From an uncultured Candidatus Bathyarchaeia archaeon (lineage in GTDB: Archaea; Thermoproteota; Bathyarchaeia; Hecatellales; Hecatellaceae): a DNA stretch of 61,270 bases. A program made the translations under genes and the position numbers. The notes under the pieces are model-generated. The model searched no databases. It was not told the origin of the DNA and saw nothing but the letters and a program-made list of their open reading frames with translations. Of this stretch, positions 9,974-19,155 are shown one piece after another; position 1 is the first letter of the stretch; each line of letters opens with the position of its first letter. The stretch spans positions 1 through 61,270 of the forward strand of contig CAZMUQ010000004.1 of NCBI GenBank assembly GCA_964569845.1. The letters run 5' to 3'.

Positions 9974-11893
9974 ATGTTTGATTACCTCTTTAAGCCAGGC
10001 AAAATCGGGAAATTAGAGCTTAGAAATAGAATTGTTATGTCTGCAACTCACCTTGGCTATGCAGATAACGGGTTTGTAACTGATAGGCTTGTAGATTTTT
10101 ATGTTGAAAGAGCTAAAGGTGGTACAGGATTAATAATTGTAGGTGGATGCGGGGTTCATCCTTTAGGAATAGTGGCTCCTAATATGATTATGATTTATGA
10201 TGATAAATATGTTAATGGTTTAAGAAGGTTAACAAAAGCTGTTAAAAAATATGATGCAAAAATTGGTCTTCAACTTTTACATGCTGGTAGATATGCATTC
10301 TCATCCGTTATAGGCGGTCAACCAGTTGCACCCTCACCAATACCTTCACGTTTAACAGGTGAAACTCCAAGAGAATTAAGTATTGATGAAATTAAAACAT
10401 TAGAAGCCGAGTTTGCTAAAGCTGCAGAAAGAGCAGTAGAAGCTGAATTTGATTTGGTTGAAATTATGGCTGGAGGAGGCTACCTTATAAGCGAATTCTT
10501 ATCTCCTGTAACAAATAAAAGGGAAGATGAATATGGCGGAAGTTTAGAAAATAGGATGAAATTTCTACTTGAAATTGTTAAACTTATAAGGGAAAAAGTT
10601 GGAAAAAATTTTCCGGTAATTTGCAGGGTTACCCTTGACGAATTTATGCCTGAAGGAAATACCATCGAGGAAGCTAAAATTATCGTTAAAGCTTTAGAGA
10701 AGGAGAGAGTTGATGCTATAGATGCACATGAAGGCTGGCATGAATCTCCAAGACCCTTAATAACATATCATGTTCCAAGGGGAGGATTCATCTATCTAGC
10801 TGAGGAAATTAAGAAAATTTTAAGTATACCTGTAATTGCAGGTACAAGAATAAATACACCTGAACTTGCAGAAAAAATTCTTCATGAAGGAAAAGCTGAT
10901 TTTATCCGTATAGGTAGACCATTAATAGCTGACCCAGAATTTCCTAAAAAGGCGTATGAAGGTAGAATTGAGGATATTAGACCCTGTATAGCTTGTAACC
11001 AAGGTTGTCTTGATATGGTTTTTATGAATAAGGATGTTACATGCCTCATAAATCCTATAGCTGGTAGAGAAGGTGAAGTTAAGATTACTTTGACAAGTCA
11101 ACCTAAAAATGTTTTAGTTATTGGTGGTGGACCTGCTGGGATGGAAGCAGCATTAATAGCTAAACTTAAAGGCCATAAAGTTACCTTACTGGAGAAGAAT
11201 GGGAAATTAGGCGGTCAAATAAATCTTGCATTTAAACCTCCAGGACACGAGGAACTTAAATGCTTAATTGAGTATTTTGAAAACCAGCTTAAGAAGCTTA
11301 ATGTGGATATTAAGCTTAACATTGAAGCTGATATCAATGTTATTGAGAAATTTAATCCTGATATTATTATTGTTGCAACAGGAGCAGAACCAATAACACC
11401 AAGAATAGAGGGGGTAAATAGGGAAAATGTATTTTTTGCTTGGGATGTTTTAGCTGAGAAAGTTGATGTTAAAAGTGATGTAGCTGTTGTTGGTGGTGGA
11501 GGTGTTGGTGTTTGGGTTTCAGAGTTTTTAGCTGAAAGGGGTAAAAAAGTTACTCTTATTGAAATGCTTGAAAGAATAGCCCAAGATGTTGGTATTACAA
11601 CAAGATGGATTGATATAATGTTTCTTAGGAAGCATGGTGTTAAAATTTTAACAAAAGCAAAGGTTACAAAAATTGTGGAAGATGGATTGTATGTTGAAAA
11701 AGATGGTAAAGAGGAATTTGTTAAGGCTGATAGTATAGTTCTCGCTACAGGTTCAAAACCAAATAAAACTTTAGCAGAAAAACTTAAACAAAAATTTAAG
11801 GAAAAAGTATACATGGTTGGAGATTGCGTAGAACCTCGTAAAGCTTTAGAAGCAATCCGTGAAGCTTTTGATGTTACGGTAAAAATACTTTAA
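9974..11893 (+). CDS. Old Yellow Enzyme/NADH:flavin oxidoreductase, 2,4-dienoyl-CoA reductase (FadH)-like
   Basis: OYE barrel (QLLHAGRY, GYLISEFLSP.TNKREDEYGG), CIACNQGC Fe-S motif, GGGPAG Rossmann fold. Confidence 0.88.
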   Translation: MFDYLFKPGKIGKLELRNRIVMSATHLGYADNGFVTDRLVDFYVERAKGGTGLIIVGGCGVHPLGIVAPNMIMIYDDKYVNGLRRLTKAVKKYDAKIGLQLLHAGRYAFSSVIGGQPVAPSPIPSRLTGETPRELSIDEIKTLEAEFAKAAERAVEAEFDLVEIMAGGGYLISEFLSPVTNKREDEYGGSLENRMKFLLEIVKLIREKVGKNFPVICRVTLDEFMPEGNTIEEAKIIVKALEKERVDAIDAHEGWHESPRPLITYHVPRGGFIYLAEEIKKILSIPVIAGTRINTPELAEKILHEGKADFIRIGRPLIADPEFPKKAYEGRIEDIRPCIACNQGCLDMVFMNKDVTCLINPIAGREGEVKITLTSQPKNVLVIGGGPAGMEAALIAKLKGHKVTLLEKNGKLGGQINLAFKPPGHEELKCLIEYFENQLKKLNVDIKLNIEADINVIEKFNPDIIIVATGAEPITPRIEGVNRENVFFAWDVLAEKVDVKSDVAVVGGGGVGVWVSEFLAERGKKVTLIEMLERIAQDVGITTRWIDIMFLRKHGVKILTKAKVTKIVEDGLYVEKDGKEEFVKADSIVLATGSKPNKTLAEKLKQKFKEKVYMVGDCVEPRKALEAIREAFDVTVKIL

Positions 11894-11931
11894 AGGCATA
11901 AAAGCCTAAATTTAAGGTTTGGTGAGAAAAG

Positions 11932-12738
11932 TTGAGTGAAATTGAAAAAATTAGGGAGTTAGGCTCACGTTTAAGTTTTTACCTTAGACCAAAAACTTTT
12001 CCCTTAGCCATAAAATTTGTTAAAAGTGGAGAATCTATACCAGAAAAAGCTTACAGACCATCAGCCCGCTTTGTTTTTTGTAGAATAATGCTACTTTCAA
12101 GAAGAACCGGCAGGTCATATGTTATTGGCAAGGAGAATATACCATGCTTAGGTGTTGTTATGCTTGGACTTGCAAACTACAGTAAAGATGTTTGGGAAGA
12201 AAGCAAAAAAATGCTCATAAAAGATTTTCTTGTTGGTTGGAGGTTTTATAAGTCTGAAGAAATTGCAGAAAAAGTGATAAACATTGTTGAAGAAGATTCT
12301 CTTCCACCTGGAAGTTTTACGGATGTTATTGTTTCACCTATTGAAAGAACAATTATCAAACCTGATATAGTTGTTGTTTATGGGGATGGAGCCCAAATAA
12401 ATAGGCTTGTTAGCGGTGTTGCTTACGCTGACGAGGAAACACCTTTTATTGAAGCTAAACTTACAAGCCTTGCAGGATGTAGAGCATTATCTAAATGCTA
12501 TAAAACAAGAAAAGCCCAATTTATTTTACCAGGCTATGGTGAAAGATATCAAGGATTTACTGGAGATGATGAGGTTGCTGTAGTTTTTCATATTGAAGCT
12601 TTGCCAAAAATTGTTGAAGGCTTAGAATACACGTTTCGCGGGGGGTTAAGATATCCAACACCTTACATGGTAGAATATAGTTCCCCTGCACCTGAACCTG
12701 AAGAAAAAGCAATTAAGAAGCTTTTAGGCGAATCTTAA
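11932..12738 (+). CDS. DUF169 family protein
   Basis: P.AIKF, FC, PDIVVVYGDGAQINRL, GC, PGYGER pattern. Confidence 0.75.
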   Translation: MSEIEKIRELGSRLSFYLRPKTFPLAIKFVKSGESIPEKAYRPSARFVFCRIMLLSRRTGRSYVIGKENIPCLGVVMLGLANYSKDVWEESKKMLIKDFLVGWRFYKSEEIAEKVINIVEEDSLPPGSFTDVIVSPIERTIIKPDIVVVYGDGAQINRLVSGVAYADEETPFIEAKLTSLAGCRALSKCYKTRKAQFILPGYGERYQGFTGDDEVAVVFHIEALPKIVEGLEYTFRGGLRYPTPYMVEYSSPAPEPEEKAIKKLLGES

Positions 12739-12758
12739 AAAGTATAGCAAAAAATTCG

Positions 12759-13875
12759 TTATTGAAGCATCCTAATTTTTTCAACCAATTCCTCCTTACC
12801 TTTAAAATATTTCCTTACAGGTTCAAGGATTCTTATTAATGCTTCAGCAACACTATTTTTTAAGTCCAGTGGATGAAGTTTACCATCCATATATACCTTT
12901 TCAAGTTCACTAATACTTGCAAACTCAACTTTACCACCATATTTTTCTTCTCTTTCAACAATCAGCTTCCCTTCCTTAGGAAAAATAATGTATTTTGCAA
13001 TCTCCATAACAGGATTACCAAAAACCTCTCTTGCAGGACAATAAGCAGCCAAAATTTTCTTTTTAATTTCCTCAGGTTTATCATGAATAAATATACAGTT
13101 TTGAGGCTTACTTTTAGACATCTTTGTTCCAATTTGAATGTTTAATGTTTCATCTTCATCATAAACAACTTCTCCATACTTTTCCACGGGACCAGAAAGC
13201 CCAGCTAAAAGGTGAGTATGAATACAAATAGGCTTCTTTCTTTTAAGCTTCTCTGCAACATCTCTTGCAAGCATGTGGGCTTTACGTTGGTCCATCCCTG
13301 CACATGCACAATCAACATCTAACCTAAAAATATCCGTAACCTGCATACAAGGATAAAATAACCATGCTGTTTCAACATCTTTTTGGCTTAAATCTCTACC
13401 CATAATAGGTAGAGACCTAAGAACCCTTGAAATTTTAACTTTTTTTGCAACAGTTAAAACCATATCCCAGTATTCTGGATTTTCCATAAGCTCTGAAGCC
13501 CAAACATATTTAACTTTTCCAGGTGTTAAACCTATGGATGAGAAAGCTTCAATAAAGTATTTTCCACACTCCCTAATAGCATCCATATTTCCATTAAATT
13601 TATCGTTTATCCATGCATGCCAATCAGCAAGAAAAATAGTAAAGTCAAATCCGGCTTCAACCATATCTAAAATCTTATAACCACAAACAAGTCCAGTACC
13701 TATATGCACCACTCTGGGCGGTAAACCATTTAAGGTTTAACCGCTATCCAGAAGGTTCAAAACCCCAGTAAGCCTTAGGCTTAGCTTCACACTCTAGAAG
13801 TCTACGTAACTCCTCCCTAGTTACAACCTCCTCCAAATTTCTTTCTACAAGTCTTAACTTTGCATCAACATCCAC
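12759..13875 (-). CDS. tyrS: Tyrosine--tRNA ligase split by a 34-nt intron (exon 1 13875-13746, exon 2 13711-12759; 360 aa after splicing)
   Basis: Exon 1 begins GTG after GAGGAGGTG and encodes MDVDAKL...AYWGFEPSG; exon 2 encodes VHIG, YPCMQVTD, GMDQRKAH, KMSKS; exons total 130+953=1083 nt, in frame. Confidence 0.95.
13712..13745 (-). other. BHB-type archaeal intron in tyrS mRNA
   Basis: Minus strand CTGG-AT^A-GCGGTTAAACC-TTAAAT-GGTTTACCGC-CCAG-AG^T: central 4-bp helix CTGG/CCAG, two 3-nt bulges, 10-bp inner stem; splicing gives GGA TTG GTG CAT. Confidence 0.88.
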
Positions 13876-14029
13876 CTTAAAGCACCTCCTCAACCTACAA
13901 CTTAAATATGTAGAGTACAAAGATACCAATTAACCTTTTACCCCTAAACGCTGCCACTCTTAAGCCTTCTAACATCAAGTTTAGATAGGAAATATTGTAC
14001 ATTAAACATTTAGCAAGAAAGGGGTAAAT

Positions 14030-14108
14030 GCCTGGTATGAGAGAGCTTAGCTGAGGTGAGCATAAAGCTCAACAATGAGGCTAAGTGTTAGTTATCCAGG
14101 CGACATCC
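14030..14108 (+). ncRNA. Box H/ACA guide sRNA (single hairpin with K-turn)
   Basis: Lower stem GCCTGG/CCAGGC followed by G-ACA; pocket TATGAGAGAG / TGTTAGTTAT; upper stem CTTAGC/GCTAAG; K-turn CTGA...AATGA with 3-nt bulge. Confidence 0.8.
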
Positions 14109-14223
14109 CCCTTGAAACCCTATTTAACCTTCCATCCTCAACAAAAATAGGGAATAGTTTAACAGTTAGATTTAAAATCAAGTTTAGAGTTAACTGAAGT
14201 ATAACCTCTATTCAAGCGGAAAA

Positions 14224-14988
14224 ATGATCGACATTCATTGTCATCTTACATTTGAAGACTACGATAAGGATAGGGATGATGTTATTAGGGATGCTAAAAA
14301 AGTCTTAAAAGCTGTTATTATAAGCGGGGTTGAACCTAAAGATGCTGAAAAAGCTTTAAACTTAAAATCTAAATATCCAGATTTTATATATGTAAGTTTA
14401 GGCCTTCACCCTATACATGTTTCAGAATTGTCAGATAGTCAAATAGATGAGTATATCAACTTCGTCAGGAGAAATAGGGAAAAAATTGTAGGTATAGGTG
14501 AAATCGGGTTAGACTACCATTGGGTTAAGAATCAGCATGAGATTATAAGAACAAAAAATGTTTTTGAAAAGTTTTTAAATTTAGCTGAAGATTTAAACCT
14601 ACCAGTTATTCTTCATTTTAGAAATGCATTAGAAGAGGGTTTTAGAATTATCTTAGACAATAAGGTTAAAAAAGCTGTTTTCCACTGTTTTACAGGTAAA
14701 CGTAAACTTGCACACGAGATAGTTGAAAAGGGATACTATATTTCAGTGGCACCAAACATCTTTGGAAGTAAGGATATAAAAAAAGCTGTTAAAGATATAC
14801 CCCTAGAAAAAATTTTAACTGAAACTGATTCACCTTTCCTTGCTCCAGGTGGTGGAAGAAACATTCCTCAGAATGTTAAGTTTGTTATCGAAAAAATTGC
14901 TGAAATAAAAAGGATAGATTCTTCAGAAGTTGAGAGAAATACTACTAAAAATGCTATAGAAATTTTTGATCTTAACATAAACCTTTAA
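14224..14988 (+). CDS. tatD: TatD-family hydrolase/nuclease
   Basis: DIHCH, GLHP, GEIGLDY, VILH, FHCF, ETDSP. Confidence 0.92.
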   Translation: MIDIHCHLTFEDYDKDRDDVIRDAKKVLKAVIISGVEPKDAEKALNLKSKYPDFIYVSLGLHPIHVSELSDSQIDEYINFVRRNREKIVGIGEIGLDYHWVKNQHEIIRTKNVFEKFLNLAEDLNLPVILHFRNALEEGFRIILDNKVKKAVFHCFTGKRKLAHEIVEKGYYISVAPNIFGSKDIKKAVKDIPLEKILTETDSPFLAPGGGRNIPQNVKFVIEKIAEIKRIDSSEVERNTTKNAIEIFDLNINL

Positions 14989-15004
14989 AGGTACATCTTA
15001 AATT

Positions 15005-15205
15005 ATGGTTTCAGGTTGGGAGAATAAATTGTCAAGGTTTAAATCATGGTTCTTGTCAAGTATCAGGGTTCTTAGATCCGCAACTAAACCTGGAAAATCA
15101 GAGTTTTTCCTACTACTACGTATATGTTTTTTAGGTATTGTTGTAATAGGGATTTTAGGCTTCATCATTAGACTTATTTCATCAATAATAGGGTTAATTG
15201 GATGA
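15005..15205 (+). CDS. secE: Protein translocase SecE/Sec61-gamma
   Basis: RVLRSATKPGKSEF followed by one TM helix; upstream of spt5. Confidence 0.87.
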   Translation: MVSGWENKLSRFKSWFLSSIRVLRSATKPGKSEFFLLLRICFLGIVVIGILGFIIRLISSIIGLIG

Positions 15206-15211
15206 TAAAAA

Positions 15212-15766
15212 ATGAGCGAAAAAGAAACAAAAACAGAAGAAGAAAAAGTTGGAGAAGCTGAAAAAGCTACAGTAGAAGCTGCTGAAGAGATTCAAGCTAA
15301 GAAAAGCCAAATTTACGTAGTTAAAACAACAGGTGGACAGGAAAATAATGTTGCAAACCTTATGTATGTTAGAGCTTCATCACAAAAACTTCCAATCTAT
15401 GCTATATTAACAATGGAGAGAATGAAGGGATACATCTTTGTTGAAGCTGCTGGACCACATTTTGTAGATGAAGCTACCTCCGGAATAAAGCATGTTAAGC
15501 AAAGACTTCCAGGGATAGTTAATATCTCGGATATTAAGAAATTTTTAGTTGTTAAACCAACTATTGAAGAGCTTAACCTTGAAGATATTGTTGAAGTTAT
15601 AAGTGGACCATTTAAAGGTATGAGAGCAAAAGTTACAAGAATTGATAAACCTAAAAACGAAGTTACCCTTGAACTTTTAGAAGCAACAATAACCTTCCCA
15701 ATAACAATACGTGCAGACCATGTAAGACTTATAAGTAAAGGTGGAGGTGAAAAAAAGGTTGGGTGA
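15212..15766 (+). CDS. spt5: Transcription elongation factor Spt5
   Basis: YVVKTTGGQE, KGYIFVEA, VEVISGPFKG KOW motif; about 30-aa charged N-terminal extension. Confidence 0.95.
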   Translation: MSEKETKTEEEKVGEAEKATVEAAEEIQAKKSQIYVVKTTGGQENNVANLMYVRASSQKLPIYAILTMERMKGYIFVEAAGPHFVDEATSGIKHVKQRLPGIVNISDIKKFLVVKPTIEELNLEDIVEVISGPFKGMRAKVTRIDKPKNEVTLELLEATITFPITIRADHVRLISKGGGEKKVG

Positions 15767-16247
15767 AAAAAAGGTTGTTGAAGCTTTAGTTAGTGGTGGA
15801 AAAGCAACAGCAGGACCACCATTAGGGCCAGCATTAGGACCTTTAGGTGTAAATGTTATTGCCATTGTTAATAGGATTAACGAGTTAACAAAAGATTTTG
15901 CAGGTGTTAAAGTTCCGGTAAAAGTTATAGTTGATATTGATACAAAAGAATTTGAAGTTGAAGTTGGAACACCTCCAACAGTTGCCTTAATTGTTAAGGA
16001 ACTTGGAGTAGAAAAAGGTTCAGGAAACCCTAGAGATGAAAAAATTGGAAATCTAACTATCGAACAAATAAAAAGAATAGCTAAAATTAGGATGAGTAAA
16101 AGTTATGCTAAAAGCTTAAAGGCTGCTGTTAAAGAAGTTGCCGGAACATGTGTAAGTATGGGAGTAACTGTTGATGGTAAAAACCCAAAGGAATTCCAAA
16201 AAGATGTTGATAAAGGCATTTATGATGATGTTCTTAAAGAAGACTAA
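15759..16247 (+). CDS. rpl11: 50S ribosomal protein L11
   Basis: GGKATAGPPLGPALGP, GTCVSMGV; TTG start at 15759 after GGAGGTGA. Confidence 0.97.
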   Translation: MGEKKVVEALVSGGKATAGPPLGPALGPLGVNVIAIVNRINELTKDFAGVKVPVKVIVDIDTKEFEVEVGTPPTVALIVKELGVEKGSGNPRDEKIGNLTIEQIKRIAKIRMSKSYAKSLKAAVKEVAGTCVSMGVTVDGKNPKEFQKDVDKGIYDDVLKED

Positions 16248-16372
16248 TTTTCCCTGCAAAGTTTAAAGTTATCTCTAATTTTATCTTCTTGTTTATAGGT
16301 GAGGACTTAAATATAGCTTAAACCCTATACCCTTAATAGTCTAACACTAACCTAAGCTTAAAGGGTTAATAG

Positions 16373-16990
16373 ATGTTTTTAGGCTTCCTTTTCCGTAAAA
16401 AAGAAAAGGAAAAAGAAGAAAAAGAAAATCCTCAAATACCTAAAACAATAGTTTTACCTGAAAGTATAAAAGTTGAAAAAAGTCTTACACGTGATGAGTT
16501 TGAAAAAATTAAAAATGAGCTTAGAATTTTAAATGTTGAAAGAGAAGTTTTAAGTGAAAGTTTAACACGTATTTATGAAGCTGCTGCTGAAGGAAGAATA
16601 ACAGAAGAGGAAAAAGAAAAACTTTTAGCAAAATATAGAAGCCAAATTTCAAAGCTTAATGATACCATTGAACATAACCAGAGAATTGTAAGTCTTTATG
16701 AGCTTGAAGAAACACGCATAGAGCTTGTCAAAATGTTTACAGAAAAATTTATGGAGATTAACAACAAGATTGAGGAGATTAGAAAGAAGCTAGGTTTGGT
16801 ACCTAAAGAATTTATCGAGCAGAAGCTTACACCTAAACCAGTAACCACAGCAACCAAGGAAGCTAAACCAGCAATTCAAGCTGAGAAACCTCAGCCAAAA
16901 AGGAGTAAAGCTGATGAAGAATTAGAAAGATTAAAAGAGGAGTTACAAAGGGAGCTTGAAAAACTTGAGCAAATAGAGCTTGAAGGTTAA
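16373..16990 (+). CDS. Coiled-coil protein with a CdvA-coiled-coil-like IYEA..EG.I.EEE motif
   Basis: 205 aa, E/K-rich heptads, Pro/Lys linker and C-terminal helix; family assignment tentative. Confidence 0.6.
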   Translation: MFLGFLFRKKEKEKEEKENPQIPKTIVLPESIKVEKSLTRDEFEKIKNELRILNVEREVLSESLTRIYEAAAEGRITEEEKEKLLAKYRSQISKLNDTIEHNQRIVSLYELEETRIELVKMFTEKFMEINNKIEEIRKKLGLVPKEFIEQKLTPKPVTTATKEAKPAIQAEKPQPKRSKADEELERLKEELQRELEKLEQIELEG

Positions 16991-16994
16991 CCTC

Positions 16995-17699
16995 ATGAGA
17001 AGCCTTTCTAATTGGCGTGAAGATGCAAAAAAAAGAGTCGCAGAAGCTGCTATAAGAAATGTTAAAGATGGTTGGGTTATTGGTTTAGGTAGTGGTACAA
17101 CCGTTGAATATGCTGTCTCCGCCTTAGGGAAAAGAGTTAGAGAAGAAGGGTTAAAAGTTTATATAGTTCCATCATCCTACCAAATTTTCTACAAAGCTTT
17201 AGAGGAAAAACTTCCTATCGTAACTTTAGACGAATATCCATGCTTAGAGTTAACAATAGATGGTGCTGATGAGGTTGACAAAAATTTAAACCTTGTTAAA
17301 GGAGGCGGCGGAGCATTAACAAGAGAAAAAATTATTGGTTATGCATCCAAGAGATACGTTATTATTGTGGATGAAACAAAACTTGTTGATAATCTTGGAT
17401 TTAAAAACCCAATCCCTGTTGAAGTTTTACCATTTGCTCTTCCAATTGTTCTTAAAGAACTTAAAAAAAGTTTTAATGTTAAGGTTAGAGAGGGGGAAGG
17501 TAAAGTTGGCCCTACGGTAACTGATAATGGAAACTTTATCGTTGATATTTACTGCGGAATTGTTAAAAATCCTGAAGCTTTTAATTCTAAGTTGAAAAGT
17601 ATACCTGGAATTATTGAAACAGGCTTATTTTTAAATATGGCAAATCTTGTTTATGTTGGAAGAAAAGATGGTAAGATTGATATTTTATCTAAAAGCTAG
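16995..17699 (+). CDS. rpiA: Ribose-5-phosphate isomerase A
   Basis: GLGSGTT, DGADEVD, KGGGGALTREK, TDNGN. Confidence 0.95.
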   Translation: MRSLSNWREDAKKRVAEAAIRNVKDGWVIGLGSGTTVEYAVSALGKRVREEGLKVYIVPSSYQIFYKALEEKLPIVTLDEYPCLELTIDGADEVDKNLNLVKGGGGALTREKIIGYASKRYVIIVDETKLVDNLGFKNPIPVEVLPFALPIVLKELKKSFNVKVREGEGKVGPTVTDNGNFIVDIYCGIVKNPEAFNSKLKSIPGIIETGLFLNMANLVYVGRKDGKIDILSKS

Positions 17700-17789
17700 C
17701 TTTAGGTAGGTTTAACAAAAAACTTTATCTATACTTTAAGTTTTAGACTTCATGTAAAAGCAAAAAAATGTTTGTGGGTGTGGCAGGAA

Positions 17790-17984
17790 ATGGTTAAGGT
17801 TGAAGTTGACCATGAAAAGTGTAATGGTGATGCTATCTGCGTAGAAGTTTGTCCTGTTGGAGTATTCGAGATGCAGGAAAAAGAAGGAAAAAAAGTTTCA
17901 GTTGTAGTAAACAATGACGCCTGCATTGTTTGCCGTGCATGCGAAGTTCAATGTCCAACTCAAGCAATAACCGTTACAGAGTAA
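17790..17984 (+). CDS. 2x[4Fe-4S]-type ferredoxin
   Basis: CNGDAICVEVCP and CIVCRACEVQCP; likely ATG at 17790. Confidence 0.9.
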   Translation: MVKVEVDHEKCNGDAICVEVCPVGVFEMQEKEGKKVSVVVNNDACIVCRACEVQCPTQAITVTE

Positions 17985-18053
17985 ATTAATGAAATAAAAC
18001 TTAAGCAACCTTTCCAGCTCAGCTAAAGTTTAAACTACAACTTAAGGGAAAAG

Positions 18054-19007
18054 TTAAACACCAACTTTTTCCTTACCATACCATCCTCCTCTAAGGTACA
18101 GGTAACTGTTTACAGCTGCTGTTATCCCTTCACCTACAGCAGTTCCTATCTGTCTAACATTCCCCGTTACATCACCTGCAGCATATACTCCCTCAATATT
18201 TGTTTCCTGCCGCCTATTTACTACAATAAATCCTTCATCATCAACTAAAACTCCAGCTTTTTTAGCTAAACCACTTTGAGGCTCCTCACCAACATAAATA
18301 AAAACTCCATCAATCTCAAGAAGGTTCTCCTCCCCTGTTTTCTTGTTAAAAACTACCACTTTTTCAACAAAGTTTCTCCCAACTATAGCTTTAACTTCAC
18401 TGTTAAAAAGAATACTAACTCCACTATCTATAACTCTCCTTTTAAGTATCTCATCAGCCCTAAGATCTTCCCTCCTATGTATAAGAAAAACATTTGAAGT
18501 TAAGTCTTTTAAGTACAAAGCTGCTGTAGCTGCAGCATTACCTCCACCAACAACAGCAACTTTTTTGCCTTTAAAAAATGGTCCATCACATGTTACACAG
18601 TAGCTTACACCCTTACCTTTAAACTCCTCCTCTCCAGGAATATTAAGCTTCCTATGAATACAACCAGTTGCAATAATAATAGCTCCACACTTATACGTAC
18701 TGGCTTCTGTTTTAACACTCTTAATCTTACCCTTTAAATCTAAATCAATAACAGTTTCAGGTAAATGAATAACCGCACCAAACTCTTCAGCCTGTTCACG
18801 CATTTTTTCAACAAGCTCAAGCCCGGATATTCTTCTAAACCCGGGATAATTTTCTATGATCGTTGCTTCAGCAGCTAACCCTAAACTTTCCCCTAAAACA
18901 AGGGTTTTTAACCCCATTCTTGCCGAATAAATTGCAGCTGATAAGCCTGCTGGACCTACACCAATAATTATTAAATCATAATAGTTTTCATCCACTTTTA
19001 ACCTCAC
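18054..19007 (-). CDS. trxB: Thioredoxin-disulfide reductase
   Basis: GVGPAGL, SYCVTCDG, GGGNAA, AAGDVTG. Confidence 0.93.
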   Translation of the reverse strand: MRLKVDENYYDLIIIGVGPAGLSAAIYSARMGLKTLVLGESLGLAAEATIIENYPGFRRISGLELVEKMREQAEEFGAVIHLPETVIDLDLKGKIKSVKTEASTYKCGAIIIATGCIHRKLNIPGEEEFKGKGVSYCVTCDGPFFKGKKVAVVGGGNAAATAALYLKDLTSNVFLIHRREDLRADEILKRRVIDSGVSILFNSEVKAIVGRNFVEKVVVFNKKTGEENLLEIDGVFIYVGEEPQSGLAKKAGVLVDDEGFIVVNRRQETNIEGVYAAGDVTGNVRQIGTAVGEGITAAVNSYLYLRGGWYGKEKVGV

Positions 19008-19155
19008 CTAAACTTTAAAAATTAACAGGTAATGTTAAGCTTTTTTCCTAGTAGCTTTATGTAAACATTTATATAACGTGGGAAGATATGGAAAAACGTA
19101 GAAGGAAATTTGGGTGGATTAATAAGTTTAGAAGGGGTGTGGTGGAAGGGCTAGT

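Noticed and set aside
13712-13746. tyrS break as pseudogene, stop read-through or sequencing frameshift
   Set aside because: Read-through stays out of frame; the insert is 34 nt, forms a clean stem, and BHB-rule excision restores the motif exactly
14018-14113. BHB on the minus strand around the H/ACA hairpin (GATG/CATT, bulges TCG/TAC)
   Set aside because: The K-turn, ACA box and guide complementarity all read on +; the minus pattern is probably the mirror of the + flanking stem
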